A DNA stretch of 49,156 bases from Acidimicrobiia bacterium. GTDB lineage: Bacteria > Actinomycetota > Acidimicrobiia > Spongiisociales > ZC4RG35. The DNA lies in contig JBKHXZ010000166.1 in NCBI GenBank assembly GCA_046565785.1, forward strand, positions 1 to 49,156. The letters run 5' to 3'. The position numbers and the translations under genes were made by a program. Under the pieces are notes generated by a model. The model was not told the DNA's origin, searched no databases, and saw only the letters and a program-made list of their open reading frames with translations. Below are positions 44,578 through 49,156 of this stretch, piece after piece. Every line of letters begins with the position of its first letter. Within the stretch, counting starts at the first letter, position 1.

Positions 44578-44733
44578 TCAGGCTTCCGGCTTCTTCCGGC
44601 GGCCGAACAGCCAGGCGACCGCACCTCCGAGGGAGGCCAGGCCGGCCAGCCCCAAGCGCTTCCGCCACTTGGAGGGAGACGGTGCCTGATCTGCCGGAGT
44701 CGGGTCTTCGGTGGGTTGTGATTCGTCGGTCAT
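44578..44733 (-). CDS. Possible 51-aa tail-anchored small membrane protein
   Basis: My own translation, too short for the supplied track: MTDESQPTEDPTPADQAPSPSKWRKRLGLAGLASLGGAVAWLFGRRKKPEA. It has an acidic N-terminus and one C-terminal TM helix flanked by K/R. I found no homology support. Confidence 0.3.
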   Translation of the reverse strand: MTDESQPTEDPTPADQAPSPSKWRKRLGLAGLASLGGAVAWLFGRRKKPEA

Positions 44734-44803
44734 GGCCAGCCCTTACCCTCGGGTACCGTCCTGCGAAACCTACCCGTCCCCGAGGCTCCGTGAGGTTCCG
44801 AGC

Positions 44804-45898
44804 GTGTCACCGTCCGAATATCTGCATCGTCTGGCCGCCGCAGCCAACGCCACGGCTGACTCGCCCTACGACGCCCTCGTGCTCGGTGTCGGTCCGGATC
44901 TCGAATACCTGACCGGCTATCGAGCCCATGAACTGGAACGGCTGAACGTCCTGGTGGTGTGGCCGGACGGCGAGCCGACCATGGTGATGCCGCGGCTCGA
45001 AGCGCCGGGCTTTCCACGGCTGGACGGAATCCGCATCGTCGACTGGCTGGACGGTGACGAGCCGCTCGGAGTCCTCTTCGACCTGCTCGGCGATGTCGAG
45101 TCGCTGGCGGTCTCGGACACGCTGCGGGCGTTGTTTCTCGTTCCGATGCTGCGCCGTCGCCCGGACCTCCAATTCGGCCTTTCGTCGGAGGTGGTCGGAC
45201 CGTTGCGGATGGTGAAATCGGCCGAAGAGACCCGGCTGTTGGCGGAGTCGGGTGCCTGCGCCGACCGGGTAACGACCGACCTGATGGAAGGCCGGGTGCC
45301 GTTGGTTGGTCGAACCGAGCGGGAGGTGGCGCTGGAGGTCCGTGAGCGACTGGTGGCGGCCGGACTCGACACGGCCGAATTCGCCATCGTGGGGTCCGGT
45401 CCCAACTCGGCCTCGCCGCACCACGCACCGGGAAACCGGGTGATCGAAGCGGGTGAAGTGGTGCTGTTCGACATCGGTGGACGGTTGGGTGGCTATCACA
45501 GCGACACCACCCGCTGCGTTCACACCGGTCCCGTCCCGGCGGAGATCGCCGAAGCCTGGGAGGTCCTCGCCGCCGCTCACCAGGCGGCGGTCGATGTCGC
45601 TCGGCCCGGGAACACATGCCAGGACGTAGACCGTGCCGCACGCAAGGTCATCGACGACGCCGGATATGGCGACCGCTTCATCCATCGCACCGGCCATGGC
45701 ATCGGATTGCAGGGGCATGAGGATCCGTACATCGTGGAAGGCAACGACCTCGTGTTGCAGCCCGGTCATGCCTTCTCGATCGAACCGGGCGTCTACTTCG
45801 CCGACCGGTGGGGGGTCCGGCTGGAAGACATCGTGGTGGTCGGCGAGGGCGATCTCGTCCGCTGCAACCAGGCTGCCCGCACCCTCACCCCGGTCTGA
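44804..45898 (+). CDS. M24-family Xaa-Pro peptidase / aminopeptidase P-like
   Basis: Metal-ligand blocks 'VLFDIGGRLGGYHSDTTR', 'HRTGHGIGLQGHE' and 'FSIEPGVYF...GVRLED'. The start is taken at the GTG at 44804 ('VSPSEYLHRL'); the listed ORF begins at 44711. Confidence 0.85.
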   Translation: MSPSEYLHRLAAAANATADSPYDALVLGVGPDLEYLTGYRAHELERLNVLVVWPDGEPTMVMPRLEAPGFPRLDGIRIVDWLDGDEPLGVLFDLLGDVESLAVSDTLRALFLVPMLRRRPDLQFGLSSEVVGPLRMVKSAEETRLLAESGACADRVTTDLMEGRVPLVGRTEREVALEVRERLVAAGLDTAEFAIVGSGPNSASPHHAPGNRVIEAGEVVLFDIGGRLGGYHSDTTRCVHTGPVPAEIAEAWEVLAAAHQAAVDVARPGNTCQDVDRAARKVIDDAGYGDRFIHRTGHGIGLQGHEDPYIVEGNDLVLQPGHAFSIEPGVYFADRWGVRLEDIVVVGEGDLVRCNQAARTLTPV

Positions 45899-47299
45899 TC
45901 AGGCGGCCGCCTCGATCAGCTTCCACAGTCGGTCGACGTGTTCGTCCGAGGTGAGGGTCGACCCGATCGCCACGCGGACGAACAGCTTGCCGTCGATGGT
46001 CGACGGGACCACATAGGAAGTTCCGGTCACGTTGACCGCCTCGACGATCCGGGCGGTGGCGTCGTCGCCGTCGACATGACGGAACGACACCAGCCCGAAC
46101 ACGGTGGGAGCTACCAGTTCCAATCGGGGATGAACCTCGACCTGTTCCGACAGGCCTCGCGCCAGCTCGACATGGTGCCGGATGTAGGACCGGAGCCCTT
46201 CGGCTCCGTAGTGGCGGAGGACGAACAAGAGTTTCAGCGCCCGGAACCGCCGGCCGAGCGGGACATGCCAGTCCCGATAGTCGATCACCTCACCCCGGTC
46301 TGACGGAGCGTTGCGCAGGTAGGGGGGAACGATGCGCATGGTTTCGATCAGCGGACGGCGGTCGGCGACCCAGAACACCGAGCAGTCGAAGTTGGTCAGC
46401 AGCCACTTGTGCGGGTTGAACGTGAACGAATCCGCCAGTTCGACTCCGTTGGCCTGGTGGCGGAACTCCGGACAGATCAAGGCGCTGCCGGCGTAGGCGG
46501 CATCCACGTGGAACCACAAGTCCTCGGCCCGGGCGACCTCGCCGATCGCCCGCAGCGGATCGACCGCAGTCGTGGCGGTGGTGCCGAGCGCCCCGCACAC
46601 GAACAGTGGGGTGAGTCCAGCCCGGCGATCGGCGGCCACAGCGTCCCGCAGCGCGTCGGGGGACAGCGCGTAGGTGAGGTCGGTGTCGATCAGCCGGACG
46701 TGGCCGATCCCGGCGACGTTCGCCCCCTTTTCGATCGAGGAGTGAGCCTGAGTGGAGGCGTAGACCACCATCGACGACGGGTCGATGCCGTGCCGACGAG
46801 CGCGCGCTATCACGATCGCCGTGTGAGTGGAATCCGATGCGCTCATCTGCAGTACCCCACCGCCCGGGCCGGTGGTTTTCCACCCCGACGGCATGCCGAG
46901 AAGATCCACCAACCAATCGAGCACGTGGCTTTCGATCTCGGTGGTAGCCGGCGAGGTTTGCCACAGCATTCCCTGCTGACCCAACCCGGAGGCGGCCAGG
47001 TCGCCGAGGATGGCCGGGAACGATACGTTGGCCGGGAAGTAGGCGAACCATCCCGGTGATTGCCAATGGGTGATGCCGGGCATCACCACCTGATCCAGGT
47101 CGGCGAGGATCGCTTCGAACGGTTCACCCTGTTCAGGCGGGTTGGCAGGGAGCGATGCCCGAATAGCGCCCGGTTCGATGTCGGAGACGATCCGGTGCCG
47201 GTCGACGGTTTCCCAATAGTCGGCGATCCAATCGATCAGTTCCTTGCCGTGGCGGCGGAACTGGTCCGGTGTCATATGCGCACTCACCGGCGTGACCAT
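45899..47299 (-). CDS. Group II PLP-dependent aromatic-L-amino-acid decarboxylase-like
   Basis: 466 aa. 'FRRHGKELIDWIADYW', 'GITHWQSPGWFAYFP', 'HVDAAYAGSA' and the PLP-Lys context 'FNPHKWLLTNFDCS'. An alternative ATG lies at 47275. Confidence 0.9.
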   Translation of the reverse strand: MVTPVSAHMTPDQFRRHGKELIDWIADYWETVDRHRIVSDIEPGAIRASLPANPPEQGEPFEAILADLDQVVMPGITHWQSPGWFAYFPANVSFPAILGDLAASGLGQQGMLWQTSPATTEIESHVLDWLVDLLGMPSGWKTTGPGGGVLQMSASDSTHTAIVIARARRHGIDPSSMVVYASTQAHSSIEKGANVAGIGHVRLIDTDLTYALSPDALRDAVAADRRAGLTPLFVCGALGTTATTAVDPLRAIGEVARAEDLWFHVDAAYAGSALICPEFRHQANGVELADSFTFNPHKWLLTNFDCSVFWVADRRPLIETMRIVPPYLRNAPSDRGEVIDYRDWHVPLGRRFRALKLLFVLRHYGAEGLRSYIRHHVELARGLSEQVEVHPRLELVAPTVFGLVSFRHVDGDDATARIVEAVNVTGTSYVVPSTIDGKLFVRVAIGSTLTSDEHVDRLWKLIEAAA

Positions 47300-47389
47300 A
47301 TTCGGGAATCACCCCCGCTTCGCTGTTCGCTGGGTACGATTCGTAGGAAGGGGAACCGGGGCTGGGGCCGAACGAAGGAAGTTGGGTCC

Positions 47390-47680
47390 ATGGGCAGATA
47401 CGACGGATCGCTGCGAATGACAGCACCGGACAGTCCTGTGCTCCAGGTGTTGGTGGATCTCACCGAAGAGCGGATGATCCTCCACACCGGCTCCGAGGTC
47501 TTGGGGGATTGGTCGCTCGACGAACTGCTGATCCGGGGAGAGGATGACGGGTTCCACATTCGAGTGGAGGGCGAAGAGGCAGTCGTCCACACCAACGACG
47601 ACCCTGGAATGGCGCTCGAACTCGGGTTGCGCTCGGCCAGTCCGCGGCTGCGGCGTCTCATGGCGGCCCGCAACCGCTGA
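47390..47680 (+). CDS. Small soluble protein homologous to the N-terminal domain of P1/P2 (unknown family)
   Basis: 96 aa from the ATG at 47390. 'RMILHTGSEVLGDWSLDELLIRGEDDGFHIRVEGEEAVVHTNDDP' parallels 'LTLRTGGRQIGTWPIKYCRVSPSGRGAVLLSLDGEKAGFEPKDV' in P1 and 'LRMTAAGDELGAWPIEECHIAPDPARDGSFRLIVDGEDARFTPSDP' in P2. Confidence 0.6.
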   Translation: MGRYDGSLRMTAPDSPVLQVLVDLTEERMILHTGSEVLGDWSLDELLIRGEDDGFHIRVEGEEAVVHTNDDPGMALELGLRSASPRLRRLMAARNR

Positions 47681-47698
47681 GAGGACGGTCGACGGCTC

Positions 47699-48895
47699 GT
47701 GACGAGCCTGGTCGACCTGGCATACGAGCGGTCGCTCGACCTGCTGCGTCGCGCCGCCACACCGAGCGGTTTCGTGGCGTCGCCTTCCTTCGATCATTAC
47801 GCGGTGATCTGGGGGCGGGACGCACTGATCAGCGTGCTTGGGGCGGTGTGTGGCGGCGAATCCGATCTCGTGGAGGCGTCGGCTGCCACCCTGGACACCC
47901 TTTCCCACCATGCCTCCGACCTCGGACAGATCCCGGCCGTCGTGGCACCGGCGAAAGGCGAGTGGGACTTCGCCGAGGGTGGGGCGGTCGATACCACTGC
48001 GTGGTTTCCGATCGTCGTCGCCGCCTACCTCTCGGCCACCCACGACCGCACGGTGGTGAGGCGGTGGTGGCCGGCCGTCGAAGCGGCGGTCCGCTGGCTG
48101 CGGCACCAGGATGTGACCGGCTCGGGGCTCGTTTCGGTGGCGCCGTCCACCGACTGGATGGACGCGGCGCTCACCCGCTCGGGGCGCACCCTCCACCTGA
48201 ATGTGCTGGCGGCGGCTGCCGAGAACGCCGCCGCCGGGTTGGCCGGGGTGCTCGGCGAGTCCTTCCAGGGGCGCAACCTCGGGCCGACCGTCGACGCCTG
48301 GTTCTGGCCGGTCGCCGGCTTGGACGTGACCTCGTTGTATCCGCACGGGTTCGCCCATCACGCCACCCGCATCGCCTACTGGGAGGCGGCCTCACCCAAC
48401 CGGCGGCACTATCTCTCCCACATCGTCCACGCCGCCTTCATCGACCGTTGCGACGTGCTGGCGAATCTGCTGGCCATCCGTTTCGGCGTGGCCGATGCCG
48501 ACAAGGCCGCGGTGATCCTGGACCATCTCGCCGACTGCGCCGATCCCTTTCCCACCCGGACCTTCCCCGAGCCGATCGGGCCGATGGACGGCACCGGCAT
48601 GCTCATCTCGGTGGCGGAGGCCGCGATCCCCGAGCGGTGGCGCAACCGGCCTGGTGCCTATCACAACGGGGCAGCCTGGCCCTACATCGGGGGATTCCAT
48701 GTCGAAGCGTTGTCCCGTTGCGGTCGCACCCAGGAAGCGAAGACGATGTTGACCCAACTTGCCGTAGCCAACAGCCTCGCGGACTGGAGCTTCCCGGAGT
48801 GGATCGACGCCGAAAACAACCCTGCCGGAGCATCCCTGCAGACTTGGAACGCGGCGACCTTCGTGTTGGCCTATCGGGCCGTCGCTTCCTCCTAG
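47699..48895 (+). CDS. (alpha/alpha)6-barrel glycoside hydrolase, amylo-alpha-1,6-glucosidase (GDE_C) / GH100-like
   Basis: 398 aa. 'GFVASPSFDHYAVIWGRDA', 'STDWMDA' and 'YHNGAAWPYIGGF' resemble GDE_C / neutral-invertase-type barrels. GTG start. Confidence 0.7.
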   Translation: MTSLVDLAYERSLDLLRRAATPSGFVASPSFDHYAVIWGRDALISVLGAVCGGESDLVEASAATLDTLSHHASDLGQIPAVVAPAKGEWDFAEGGAVDTTAWFPIVVAAYLSATHDRTVVRRWWPAVEAAVRWLRHQDVTGSGLVSVAPSTDWMDAALTRSGRTLHLNVLAAAAENAAAGLAGVLGESFQGRNLGPTVDAWFWPVAGLDVTSLYPHGFAHHATRIAYWEAASPNRRHYLSHIVHAAFIDRCDVLANLLAIRFGVADADKAAVILDHLADCADPFPTRTFPEPIGPMDGTGMLISVAEAAIPERWRNRPGAYHNGAAWPYIGGFHVEALSRCGRTQEAKTMLTQLAVANSLADWSFPEWIDAENNPAGASLQTWNAATFVLAYRAVASS

Positions 48896-48906
48896 AGTGC
48901 CGCTCC

Positions 48907-49156
48907 GTGACTTCTGAGGCTGACGTTCGCTCGGGTTTCGACCCGCGTCTCATCCTGATCGCTGCCGCGGGTGGTGCCCTGAGCGGGTTCTTCGGCGTGG
49001 GTGGTGGCATCGTCCTGGTCCCGCTTCTCATGTATTTCCTGGCGGTGCCCCGGAAAACCGCTCATGCCACCTCGCTCGGCGCCATCGTTGCCCTGTCCTT
49101 CGCCGGCATGATCGGATTCGCCGTGTCCGGCGAGGTGGACTGGGTGGTGGGGATCA
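48907..49156 (+). CDS. TauE/SafE-family (DUF81) anion exporter, 3'-truncated at window edge
   Basis: My own translation from the GTG at 48907: VTSEADVRSGFDPRLILIAAAGGALSGFFGVGGGIVLVPLLMYFLAVPRKTAHATSLGAIV... The 'G(V/I)GGGxxxVPxL' block is the TauE/SafE hallmark. The frame is open to the end of the window. Confidence 0.6.
   Translation, partial: MTSEADVRSGFDPRLILIAAAGGALSGFFGVGGGIVLVPLLMYFLAVPRKTAHATSLGAIVALSFAGMIGFAVSGEVDWVVGI

Noticed and set aside
1-49156. CRISPR arrays, IS elements/transposases, rRNA or tRNA genes
   Set aside because: By eye I saw no regularly spaced direct repeats, no transposase- or integrase-like translations in any listed ORF, and no intergenic segment long enough with tRNA-like cloverleaf features. 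The only nucleotide-level repeat I found is the 12-nt in-frame repeat at 13774-13809.

Overview
This is a visibly high-GC, very tightly packed chromosomal segment with an actinobacterial gene repertoire: F420/flavin enzymes, an MprAB-PepD-like module and a DUF222-HNH gene. GC content was not computed and the class-level origin is uncertain. I support about 50 protein-coding genes, one cobalamin riboswitch and one short in-frame tandem repeat. I found no rRNA, tRNA, CRISPR array, transposase or integrase. Most of the window is housekeeping or metabolic: prfC, hmgA, osmC, rlmN, ggt, a GH65 phosphorylase with beta-phosphoglucomutase, and a riboswitch-led corrinoid uptake and nucleotide-loop operon. 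Four regions deserve a second look. (1) At 11088-14319, two paralogous single-pass membrane proteins of unrecognised family bracket a secreted lytic-transglycosylase-like gene; their N-terminal domain recurs as a stand-alone 96-aa protein at 47390-47680. (2) At 35035-43342 a seven-gene minus-strand array joins an ethanolamine-type permease and a gamma-glutamylation pathway (GS-like ligase, SDR, ALDH, amidotransferase-like hydrolase) to a cNMP/CBS/DUF294 nucleotidyltransferase. That nucleotidyltransferase is translationally coupled to a DEDDh exonuclease. (3) A eukaryote-type cytosolic sulfotransferase lies near an aromatic amino-acid decarboxylase. (4) Convergent genes abut or overlap repeatedly, leaving no room for terminators. 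All functional calls come from motif recognition in the supplied translations; no database search was possible.
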